A stretch of DNA of 38,248 nt from an uncultured bacterium (GTDB taxonomy: Bacteria > Armatimonadota > Hebobacteria > CAIYQO01): positions 1-38,248 of the forward strand of contig CAZNLA010000006.1 of the NCBI GenBank assembly GCA_964573385.1. Reading direction: 5' to 3'. Shown here in pieces: positions 1-8,199 of the stretch. Position numbers and translations under genes: made by a program. The notes below the pieces were generated by a model that was not told where the DNA came from, ran no database searches, and was given only the letters and a program-made list of their open reading frames with translations. Numbering within the stretch: the stretch's first letter is position 1; every line of letters starts with the position of its first letter.

Positions 1-205
1 ATAGCATCTCTTCGTGGTCCTGGGCATACATTAGGATAGATGTTGCAAGTTGTCGCTGATTGCTCAGGCAGGTAGTTTGGTGTGCTTTGTCTCGAGCCCG
101 GGCAAAAACCGGGAAGAGTATTGCAGCTAGGATTGCAATAATGGCAATCACGACCAATAACTCTATCAGAGTAAACCCTGATTTAACTGAAAGGTTTTTC
201 TTCAT
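1..205 (-). CDS. Prepilin-type N-terminal cleavage/methylation (DUF1559-like) protein, truncated at window edge
   Basis: Manual translation, absent from the ORF track: MKKNLSVKSG|FTLIELLVVIAIIAILAAILFPVFARARDKAHQTTCLSNQRQLATSILMYAQDHEEML. Type IV prepilin G|FTLIE motif; purine-rich RBS AAAGGGGGA at 219-211. Confidence 0.93.
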   Translation of the reverse strand, partial: MKKNLSVKSGFTLIELLVVIAIIAILAAILFPVFARARDKAHQTTCLSNQRQLATSILMYAQDHEEML

Positions 206-241
206 ATTTATCCCCCTTTACTGATAAACAATAGTGATATT

Positions 242-255
242 GTGATACGTATCAC
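242..255. promoter_or_regulatory. Perfect 14-bp palindromic operator, LacI-like
   Basis: GTGATACGTATCAC with central CG just downstream of the -10. A related imperfect site TTATACCGTATCAA (265-278) overlaps the -10 and spacer. Confidence 0.65.
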
Positions 256-263
256 TGCCTTAT

Positions 264-292
264 ATTATACCGTATCAATGGCTGTTTGTCAA
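264..292 (-). promoter_or_regulatory. Consensus sigma70 promoter of the prepilin-like gene
   Basis: Minus strand TTGACA (292-287), 17 bp spacer, TATAAT (269-264); perfect consensus. Confidence 0.85.
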
Positions 293-394
293 TGGATAAA
301 ATAGTTGCCAGGGAAAAATATTTAATATTTAACGATAATTTAATATGGGTTATCTGTCAGATACTACCAATTAAAAGCGAAGTTCTTGTAATTA

Positions 395-490
395 CAGGAC
401 TTTCGCTTAAGGTCACTTCGACAAGCTCAGTGACCGGTCGCTGATCCTGTCGAAGCGACCATTTTTAAGCCTTTAAAAGCGAAGTTCTTG
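395..490 (+). mobile_element. MITE-like element family A (TIR plus REP-like doublet)
   Basis: CAGGACTTTCGCTTAA, then GGTCACTTCGACAAGCTCAGTGACC/GGTCGCTGATCCTGTCGAAGCGACC, then CGAAGTTCTTG; flanks TAATTA / TAATGA form a near-TSD. Confidence 0.7.
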
Positions 491-522
491 TAATGATAAT
501 GCCTTTACAAGAACTTCGCTTT
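476..522. terminator. 18-bp perfect stem-loop downstream of the 1190-aa gene
   Basis: AAAGCGAAGTTCTTGTAA (476-493) pairs with TTACAAGAACTTCGCTTT (505-522), 17 nt past the stop at 540. Confidence 0.6.
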
Positions 523-539
523 GTAAATTTATTCTTAAA

Positions 540-3500
540 TTATTCCTTTTTCAGCAACCATTTACATGCGGCGTCGGTTATTTTTTCGCCGGCATCCGTT
601 TTCCACCATGAATTAACGGTATTTTCACCAGTTGGTGATATTGCTAATAAAGCAACCCGGCCTTTTCCTGCTTCACCAAATATCATTGCCGGTTTGCCAT
701 CAGCAGTTAATACGGTTTTCGCATTCGGTTTCGGATTTAATTCGTGTAACCACGTAGTTGTTGCTTGTCCAAGTAGCAACTTTGCTAATTCCCCCTCACC
801 TTTCAGTATTAAACCTTTCTTTTCTCCCAATGGTTTTAAATCAAAAGATTTAAGGGTTGCTGGTAACAGTGACGAAATCAACTCGCTTTCCTGCCACCAT
901 CCGCGGCCTAACCCGTATGGGCCACCGGTCATTAATAACGATCCGCCTGCTTCTACCCATCCTTTTAGCCACGCGCGATGCTCGAGAGATAAGGTTCTGA
1001 TATCAACATTGGATAATACTACAAGGCGGTATTTTGCTAAATCTTCCGGTTTAGATAAATGTGGCCCATTCCAACCGCGTTGGCTGCGATAAACATACCA
1101 GTCGCATTCGGCTACCGGCACTTCGTATTTTTTTAATACATCCAGCAAATGCAGTGTGTCACTCCAAATTCCTAACATTAACCAGGCCGCGCCGTCTTTG
1201 GCAGGGGTCAAATCCACAGGCCATGTTCGCAATTTCTGTTCTGTAATACGTTCTGTTTCGGTAAGTCCTTTTATTTCGCGAACTTCAAAACGGTCAATTA
1301 ACAGACCATTCCAGCCACCTGTTATTTGCACCCCGCAATTACCACGATCCCACCCAATGGTGGTTTCGATTGTTAAGTCAGTCCAAACACCCGGTTTAAT
1401 ATTTGTTAACGGGAAGTCCTGGTCTACTGTCCAAATTCTCCCTGCAGGCCAGCAACGAAGATGAATTTTACTGTCTGCAGATGGCATATCTGTTGTTTTA
1501 ACTTTAAGAGAAAAACGATATAATCCGCCGGATACCCCGCCAAAATAAGCTTCTGTTGTTAATGGCGTCTGTATTTTTACAGCTTTTCCGTCGGTGCATG
1601 TGGCATCGCTCACCTGATTTTTTTGTGATTTCCACATTTGGTGTGTCGCTGACATGACAACAGGTGGTAATTTATTTGGGGTGTAATCTGATGGCACCGG
1701 TTCGGTGGTGAAATCTTTCGGTTGTGCCGGAACTGCTGGTAATGAATATCGCCATGCCGGCAATTTATCGGCAACTGGTCCACTACATTCTATTGCTACT
1801 ATTGTCCATTGAATCAATGCTGATGGTTTTACCACGATGGTATCTTCATTTTTTGTTATGGGCAATTCTTCACGAACCGGCAAACCACCCGGAGTTATAG
1901 TAGTGGTTTCACATTTCTCATTACTGTTTATTGTTGTTTCCGCGCCGTCGCTACGGTCTGCTGTTATTTGCCATGCCTTTTCCGCTTTCCATCCGGCAGG
2001 TATTTTCCAAGTTAATTCAAGGCCATCAATAGATGGTGGGGGAATGGAATTTTTAGTATCAACAGTTGGTTTTTCCGGTTTATTAATTAAGTGAACCAGA
2101 TATATTCGTTTACCGGCAGATGGTTCCATAACACGTATGTATTGTTTCCACCATAAATCACGGTCAGTTTTTTTTGCTACTTTTAAGATGTCTTCTGTTG
2201 CTGGTCGCAATGTATCGCCGTATAGTAAATCGCAATGTTTAGCCGCCATTCGTAAATATGGCAATTGCCAGTCAGATGCCCAATAGGCCAGGTGAACACG
2301 ACCTGCCATCATTAACGCGGTTATGGTTTTGCTATCCGCAGCATAATTGTGTGCAGGGGTAATAGCATAGGCATGGCCACCACGGCGTGCCGCATTATTC
2401 CCCAGGCTATTTGTCTGTTCTGCAATTGTATCCCAATTTGTTCCATTACCCCAATATGCGGTAACACGTTCCTGCAGGTGCAGACCATCATCGCGCAGAT
2501 ATTCGGTGTAATAATCATTTGGTACTGGTGGGGTATCAAAAGGCATAACCTGTTCATATGGTGGTTTGCGTTCTTTCGACCATTCCATATTATGGCCATA
2601 AATCATGCCGGGTTTTGCTTTCTCCAAAGCTGTGCGTAAACGAGATATTAATACCGGTGATGTCATCCCTTTATAAGGAACTTTATTACCTAATATATCA
2701 GCACCGGAAAAATCGTAATCGTACAGGTCATCATACCGAAAACCGTCCCAGTCAAATCTTTTGGTTGACGCTACTAATTGTGCAATATGGTAATCAACAG
2801 GTCCCGGTATTCCGGTTTGTGGTCCCCATACACCACGCGCATAGAAGCGTGCTTTTTTAGTTTGCGGGTCAAATCGCTCTTCATCATCTTCCCGCATTTG
2901 TCGTGAAATTTCACCACCACTCCAACCCATCATTTCATCATTGCTATCCCAGTTGCACCATTCCGGATGCTGGCGGAAAAGTTCGCTGACACGAAAACCA
3001 AAATCTACACGCAGGTCAGCATATGACAAAACCTGCATCCCCTGTGCGTGTGCCGTTTTAATGCGGGTTTCAATGGTTTTACTACTTAATTGGGCAAGGG
3101 TTTGTCCACTCCACCAACGTTCTTTCCCTTCCGGTGGTGTCAGCATGGCGAAATCATCCGGTGCCCAGAAAGTTATTTCTGCTAAAGGGAAATAAAATTT
3201 ACGCATATTTCCGACAAACTCATCAACATTTTTCGGTTCATAATCTTTATCTGACCCCCATGCTGCTAAATGCCCAATTCGCACAGGCTTATCGCTAACA
3301 TAAAACCAGTCAAATGCCTCACCTATGGTTTCACCATCTTTCCCTGTTTTTTTCAGAGTTGCTTTCAGTTGATGACCATATTCCGGTAATACCGGTAATT
3401 TAACTGACAGGTTATAAGGATCTTTTCCACCGGCGGGAATTACAATTTCAGTGTCAGATAAATTTGTCGATTTACCCAAACCATTTTCTATCTCTATGAC

Positions 3501-4112
3501 CAGTCTTGCGGTTTGAGGTTTTGCCGCACCATTACGAATTACTACTGTTGCGTTACCTGCTTCTTTTAATTTATAAACTAATTTGTCTGCACGTACAGAT
3601 GTCAGAAACAGTGGGTCGGTCAGTGGTTCAAAAGTTATGCCATCAAAACGCAAGCCTTTCCAACCACCGCGTAGCAAAATTCCAACATTGCCATTGCCGG
3701 GACCAGCATGCATTTGCCGGGTTACAGTAATCTGTTTACCACCTGTGCCAAATTCCGCCGGGGTAATTACGGTGTTGAATCTGAATGCACCGATTGAGCC
3801 GTAAGGATTCCATATGGAACATTCTATCTGTTCATTTTCTTTGGCACTGCGGTCTGGGGTTAATTTAAAGATAATTCGCCACCAACCTTCGGAAAGGCGT
3901 GACTGCAGTCCATACATTTCTAACTTTAACGGAGCATCAAGTTCCATGGTTTTACCGTTATCAGTGTCGGCAAGATGTGCTGTTTGCGATGACCGGGGAG
4001 CAAGTTCTGACGGTGTCAGATTCCATATAGCCTGTTGGGCAAATGTCAGAGTAGTTAGCATAAATAATATGCATAATAAGAAAAAGATGTGGCTTTTACC
4101 GGTAAATTTCAT
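540..4112 (-). CDS. Secreted multidomain protein: GH66/clan-D-like TIM barrel, beta-sandwich modules, C-terminal class I GATase-like (DUF1355-type) domain
   Basis: 1190 aa. Signal peptide ending LTFA|QQ; DKLVYK..E Ig-like start, AHAQGMQVLSY and WDGFRYDD recall GH66-like barrels; KYRLVVLSNVD...WVEAGGSLLMTGGP is GATase1-like. Confidence 0.6.
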   Translation of the reverse strand: MKFTGKSHIFFLLCILFMLTTLTFAQQAIWNLTPSELAPRSSQTAHLADTDNGKTMELDAPLKLEMYGLQSRLSEGWWRIIFKLTPDRSAKENEQIECSIWNPYGSIGAFRFNTVITPAEFGTGGKQITVTRQMHAGPGNGNVGILLRGGWKGLRFDGITFEPLTDPLFLTSVRADKLVYKLKEAGNATVVIRNGAAKPQTARLVIEIENGLGKSTNLSDTEIVIPAGGKDPYNLSVKLPVLPEYGHQLKATLKKTGKDGETIGEAFDWFYVSDKPVRIGHLAAWGSDKDYEPKNVDEFVGNMRKFYFPLAEITFWAPDDFAMLTPPEGKERWWSGQTLAQLSSKTIETRIKTAHAQGMQVLSYADLRVDFGFRVSELFRQHPEWCNWDSNDEMMGWSGGEISRQMREDDEERFDPQTKKARFYARGVWGPQTGIPGPVDYHIAQLVASTKRFDWDGFRYDDLYDYDFSGADILGNKVPYKGMTSPVLISRLRTALEKAKPGMIYGHNMEWSKERKPPYEQVMPFDTPPVPNDYYTEYLRDDGLHLQERVTAYWGNGTNWDTIAEQTNSLGNNAARRGGHAYAITPAHNYAADSKTITALMMAGRVHLAYWASDWQLPYLRMAAKHCDLLYGDTLRPATEDILKVAKKTDRDLWWKQYIRVMEPSAGKRIYLVHLINKPEKPTVDTKNSIPPPSIDGLELTWKIPAGWKAEKAWQITADRSDGAETTINSNEKCETTTITPGGLPVREELPITKNEDTIVVKPSALIQWTIVAIECSGPVADKLPAWRYSLPAVPAQPKDFTTEPVPSDYTPNKLPPVVMSATHQMWKSQKNQVSDATCTDGKAVKIQTPLTTEAYFGGVSGGLYRFSLKVKTTDMPSADSKIHLRCWPAGRIWTVDQDFPLTNIKPGVWTDLTIETTIGWDRGNCGVQITGGWNGLLIDRFEVREIKGLTETERITEQKLRTWPVDLTPAKDGAAWLMLGIWSDTLHLLDVLKKYEVPVAECDWYVYRSQRGWNGPHLSKPEDLAKYRLVVLSNVDIRTLSLEHRAWLKGWVEAGGSLLMTGGPYGLGRGWWQESELISSLLPATLKSFDLKPLGEKKGLILKGEGELAKLLLGQATTTWLHELNPKPNAKTVLTADGKPAMIFGEAGKGRVALLAISPTGENTVNSWWKTDAGEKITDAACKWLLKKE

Positions 4113-4135
4113 AATGGTCCTTCTTGTATAGTATT

Positions 4136-4176
4136 GGAACGTTCCTTATTTTAGCCATATTTAGTGGTAAAGTCAA
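4136..4176 (-). promoter_or_regulatory. sigma70 promoter plus LacI-like operator of the 1190-aa gene
   Basis: TTGACT (4176-4171), 17 bp, TAAAAT (4153-4148); palindrome GGAACGTTCC (4136-4145) at the expected +1. Confidence 0.7.
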
Positions 4177-4208
4177 TAGGGAGTTTGATTATTTTTGCAG
4201 ATAAATGG

Positions 4209-4307
4209 GTAGAGACGCAAAATCTTGCGTCTCTACAGATTTATTTTAGACGCAAAATGTTGCGTCTCTACGTTTTTTATTTTAGACGCAAAATGTTGCG
4301 TCTATAC
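4209..4307. repeat. Three tandem GTAG-type REP palindromes
   Basis: GTAGAGACGCAAAATCTTGCGTCTCTAC (4209-4236) plus two AGACGCAAAATGTTGCGTCT(C/A)TAC copies at 4248 and 4284; period 35-36 bp. Confidence 0.85.
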
Positions 4308-4311
4308 GGAT

Positions 4312-7300
4312 TTATTTCAGACCTAATATTTGTCCGTCTGCCAGTCCTACTATTAATGTTCCATTAAGCCAGGCTATTTCTGATGTATCCTGTTGCATTA
4401 ATTGGCAACTTTTTAACGTACCGGTGTTGTCAAAAATCTGCACTGTACCACCCCAGTAGCTAATTGCTGTTTTGTTTGTGTCCGGCAAAATAGTTTTGAT
4501 AGCCAGACCTGGTATAATTGATTTTTTCAATGGTTCCGGTATCACTGGCGCTACAGTTTTGCTGGTATTTGGAATTTCAACTGTTTTCTGGTTTGTAATT
4601 TTGCCAGTGGCATCCATTGTCGTGGCGGTGCCGTCATGGGTAATGATTACCGCTTTACCATTGTTAATTGTTATATTATCCGCACGTTCCGACAATATAG
4701 TTTTCCAGGCTATTGTCGCTTTGGGGGTAATTATTGTCGTTTTTGCCGGTGTAACTTCTGCTGTTGTCGGCATATCCAATTTATTTATTGGGTCCTGGTC
4801 AGCAACTGTCTGGTACAGGCTACCAACACCTTCATCCATACCTGCGGCATCATATGCGATTACTGTTATTGATTCTGCTCCCTGGCGTACAGAATCAAAT
4901 TGCCATGCCAGCATACCACGACCTGCGCCGGGGAATGAAGTTTTATCCGGGGTGTATGGCAATACTTTTTGGTCCATAATCCCTTTAATTAATGGATTAT
5001 CATCCGGGTTGCCGAATAATATGCTGGGTCCCGGTACGTCATAACCATTTGGTCCACACCATGTGCTGGTACGTTTTTTCTGGGTCAATAAATCTTTATA
5101 TTGGTCTATCAACCACTGGTCTTTGCGTTCCGGTTCTGGTTTATTCATATCAATAGCTTTTGCGATGTTACATGTAATTCCCCATGGTGCCACGCTATTC
5201 GCGAATCGTTGTGCCGCAGATTCGGAATAATCGCTTTTGCCGGTTATTAAAGTAATGGTTTTATGCACCCTGAAAAATCTTTTCATATTATCGCGGTCAC
5301 CTTCAAAGGTAATCGCGCGTGGGGTAACCCCGGCGACACTTCCGGCGATCTTTAATGCCTGCCAGATAAAATCTACTTTAATACTGGTGTTATTCAGCAA
5401 TTCTGTAATTTCAAGATTCCATACACCAGTCGGGTCGTTAGCCGCCAGTGGCAGAGAAATATCAATTTTTCCGTTTGATGTGGCACGGTATAAGTCGTAA
5501 CGTATTGCCCCGGTTGGGTCGATTAAACGTATTTGCATCGGGAAAGAACCTACCAGAATGTTTCCGGTGATATCCAGTACCATGGCGCATGAAGTTAATT
5601 TTATCGGTGCTTTTTCCAAAGTGCTATCGGTGGTTATAACCGGTTTTTGTATCATTATTGAGTTGATTTTCCGGGTGGTTCGGGCAAAAATACGCATTTG
5701 ACCGGGGCCGAAACTCAGATTACCTTTTATGGTTAGTGACTTTTTATCAGCTTTCATGTCGGATACTATCTGCCCGCGAATTGCGTCATATACCGGGCGT
5801 CCATCGTCGGTCATGCTGATATCTGCTTTAACTGCTTTTAAGCCTAACTGTGCGCTTGGCGCGTTATAATCGTGGGTTGCGTTAACCGCGAAAAGATATT
5901 CAACATCGCCATATGACTGTGCGGTTCCGGATATTCCCGGTTCGCTACAGTTGAATACTGGTTTAATATTAGCCTTTGTTAATTCCGCTTTTAATGCTTT
6001 AACCCATACATTCGCCGCTAATAATGACGCCCGCAAACCGTAGGTAAGAGCAGTCATTTGCGTTTTCATGGTGTCTATTTCTTTCTTCGCGGCATCTAAT
6101 TTCACTTTATCAGTAATGGTTGCCATATCCGCAGTTTTTTTGGCGATTTCGGCCTTCATAACTTCTGCTTTCGCAAAACCTTCTGCCAGATAACCGGATT
6201 TCACCGGTAATACTGTTGCACCGGCAATCTTAACTGTGCTGTCGTTGGTCATATAAACCTTACCGCCGTTGACGATAAACTTTTCTAAGTTTGTAACAAC
6301 TGCCGGGTCAAGGTAGTCAATGGCGTTGATAATTACAGCCTTGTAATTAGATTGCAAGGTGCCGTCAATTACATCTTCATCCACCACAAATTGCGAGTTT
6401 ACCTGCATTAATTTGGTTGCAATGTATGGTATATGTATTGATTCACCATGTGGCATGGTGTGGGCGTAATAATATTTATCAGGGTCCTGAACATATTTGT
6501 TAACCATTTCGGATAATGAATAAAGAATGGCCACCGGACCACGGGTAACCGGCATGGTGGTAAATACTGTGCCAAAACGTCCCATTAACTTGTTGGATTC
6601 GGTAATTCCACTGCGGGCACCGGTATTTTTCATCGGGTCAAGGTCTGGTGGCGATATCATTCCCTGAATATTGGTTTGGAATGATAAATATTGTTCTAAC
6701 CTGAATTGGTCAGATGTAGTATTGCCGTACCATGCCGGTAAATACCATGTCGGTTTGCTGAAATCACGGGCACGGGCAATTTCCACGGTAAATGACGGAT
6801 GCCAATAACCGGGTCCCCAATCATGGTATCCGCCATGTCCACTGGTTACGGACAGGTTGCGGGTAATAGGATAATAATAACCATCAGAAAACGCCATCCA
6901 ACCATATTGGCTTTGGGTTGCTGTCATAAAGTTAGGTTTAACATAATTTACGCCAAATGCGGCGTCCTGCCATGCCGCGTCCATAAGGTTTGCTTTCCAC
7001 AATGAGAATTTTTTGAACTTCGCAAAATCTTCCGGATTTTTACGGTCAAACGTGCCATAATGGGGAACGTCATAACCAAATGCGTCTTTAAAAGAACGTA
7101 CCTGTGCCGGAATGCTGGCATTTGTTCCTTTTTTTGTTATCGGGTCTGTCCACCATGTTAATCCTGGTTCATCATAAAAATGCACCCCTAAACAGTTAGG
7201 GTTTACACGTTCTTTTAAAGCACTGCGTGATACCCGTGCTCTTCCACCACCAAGTACATTTGGGTCTGTCCAGTCGCATTCCATCCGCAAATCCATCTGG

Positions 7301-7827
7301 TGGCCACCACCCATGGCACAACAAGGGAAATAATCAACACCACCACGAATATTATTATTCTGGTCATAACCGCCGTAATGGGCGTAATAAATATTAAATC
7401 CAAATCCATCCTGTCCTAATGGAACAAGGTCTTTACCATCGGCACGACCCCAGTTAATTAATTTAAAAGTGGTGGTTCTTTCATGGCTGTAAAGTTCAAT
7501 TGCAATAGTTTTGGATAAAAGGTCACCATCTGCAACGGTCACGGTGTAATTACCGGGACGCAACAACCAACCATTAAGTTTTAATATCTCAACCTGACGG
7601 GAAACGGCAAAATTGAAAGTCATTTGACTGCCATTCTCGCCGGTGACAGTCATCACCAGATTACCGGCACCTGCCACAGCACGGGTAACAGCAAAATCAA
7701 TCCATTCGTTAGTCTGATAAGCGACACGCTTTAACGGCAGATCAACTTTAATCTCCGCGCATTGCGCCGTGATGATAACGATTGTCAGCATTAAAACTGC
7801 AATCAACTTCAGCAAAATTCTTTTCAT
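4312..7827 (-). CDS. Secreted hypothetical protein with GH-like TIM barrel and beta-galactosidase-trimerization-like domain
   Basis: 1171 aa. Signal peptide; GVHFYDEPGL; YKAVIINAIDYLDPAVVTNLEKFIVNGGKV (GH42 middle-domain-like); LAANDPTGVWNLEITE Ig-like motif; beta-rich C-terminus. Confidence 0.55.
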   Translation of the reverse strand: MKRILLKLIAVLMLTIVIITAQCAEIKVDLPLKRVAYQTNEWIDFAVTRAVAGAGNLVMTVTGENGSQMTFNFAVSRQVEILKLNGWLLRPGNYTVTVADGDLLSKTIAIELYSHERTTTFKLINWGRADGKDLVPLGQDGFGFNIYYAHYGGYDQNNNIRGGVDYFPCCAMGGGHQMDLRMECDWTDPNVLGGGRARVSRSALKERVNPNCLGVHFYDEPGLTWWTDPITKKGTNASIPAQVRSFKDAFGYDVPHYGTFDRKNPEDFAKFKKFSLWKANLMDAAWQDAAFGVNYVKPNFMTATQSQYGWMAFSDGYYYPITRNLSVTSGHGGYHDWGPGYWHPSFTVEIARARDFSKPTWYLPAWYGNTTSDQFRLEQYLSFQTNIQGMISPPDLDPMKNTGARSGITESNKLMGRFGTVFTTMPVTRGPVAILYSLSEMVNKYVQDPDKYYYAHTMPHGESIHIPYIATKLMQVNSQFVVDEDVIDGTLQSNYKAVIINAIDYLDPAVVTNLEKFIVNGGKVYMTNDSTVKIAGATVLPVKSGYLAEGFAKAEVMKAEIAKKTADMATITDKVKLDAAKKEIDTMKTQMTALTYGLRASLLAANVWVKALKAELTKANIKPVFNCSEPGISGTAQSYGDVEYLFAVNATHDYNAPSAQLGLKAVKADISMTDDGRPVYDAIRGQIVSDMKADKKSLTIKGNLSFGPGQMRIFARTTRKINSIMIQKPVITTDSTLEKAPIKLTSCAMVLDITGNILVGSFPMQIRLIDPTGAIRYDLYRATSNGKIDISLPLAANDPTGVWNLEITELLNNTSIKVDFIWQALKIAGSVAGVTPRAITFEGDRDNMKRFFRVHKTITLITGKSDYSESAAQRFANSVAPWGITCNIAKAIDMNKPEPERKDQWLIDQYKDLLTQKKRTSTWCGPNGYDVPGPSILFGNPDDNPLIKGIMDQKVLPYTPDKTSFPGAGRGMLAWQFDSVRQGAESITVIAYDAAGMDEGVGSLYQTVADQDPINKLDMPTTAEVTPAKTTIITPKATIAWKTILSERADNITINNGKAVIITHDGTATTMDATGKITNQKTVEIPNTSKTVAPVIPEPLKKSIIPGLAIKTILPDTNKTAISYWGGTVQIFDNTGTLKSCQLMQQDTSEIAWLNGTLIVGLADGQILGLK

Positions 7828-7873
7828 CCCACATCCCCTTCATACCAGTAGTTTTGTTTATATTATTAATCCA

Positions 7874-7903
7874 AGTGTAACTTTATTTAATAATATAAGT
7901 CAA
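7874..7903 (-). promoter_or_regulatory. Candidate promoter with overlapping imperfect 9-3-9 palindrome
   Basis: TTGACT (7903-7898), 18 bp, TACACT (7879-7874); ACTTTATTT-AAT-AATATAAGT (7880-7900) fills the spacer. Confidence 0.45.
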
Positions 7904-8061
7904 CGGGAAAATGGAAGTTTTTGAAAAAATCAGATTAAAAATGGTAAGGTTGAAGTTAAATAACTTTAAATTTCGCACGATGCATAAATTGTGGAATCTT
8001 GTTATTTTCCCGGCCATCGATAATAACAGTGCTATTACTAAAAGTGAGATCTTTAATAAAT

Positions 8062-8106
8062 CCGACCGATCCGACTGATATGACCGATATAACTAATATG
8101 ACAATT
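8062..8106 (+). repeat. Decaying 9-bp tandem repeat
   Basis: CCGACCGAT CCGACTGAT ATGACCGAT ATAACTAAT ATGACAATT. Confidence 0.6.
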
Positions 8107-8145
8107 TTCTCAGATTAATGACAGATTGTGTTGATTGATGACAAT

Positions 8146-8177
8146 AAAACAAAAAGGACAGGTATTTCACCTGTCCT
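8146..8177 (-). terminator. Intrinsic terminator of the PfkB gene
   Basis: AGGACAGGT-N5-ACCTGTCCT stem followed by a U-tract on the minus strand. Confidence 0.75.
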
Positions 8178-8199
8178 GTGATTATTATATAAAAAAGGT

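Noticed and set aside
4209-4307. Possible mini CRISPR array
   Set aside because: The intervals between palindromes are only about 11-12 nt and similar to each other, there are no cas genes, and the GTAG/CTAC ends fit REPs.
4164-4367. 67-aa ORF with repeated FRRKMLRLY
   Set aside because: It is a translation artefact of the REP triplet.
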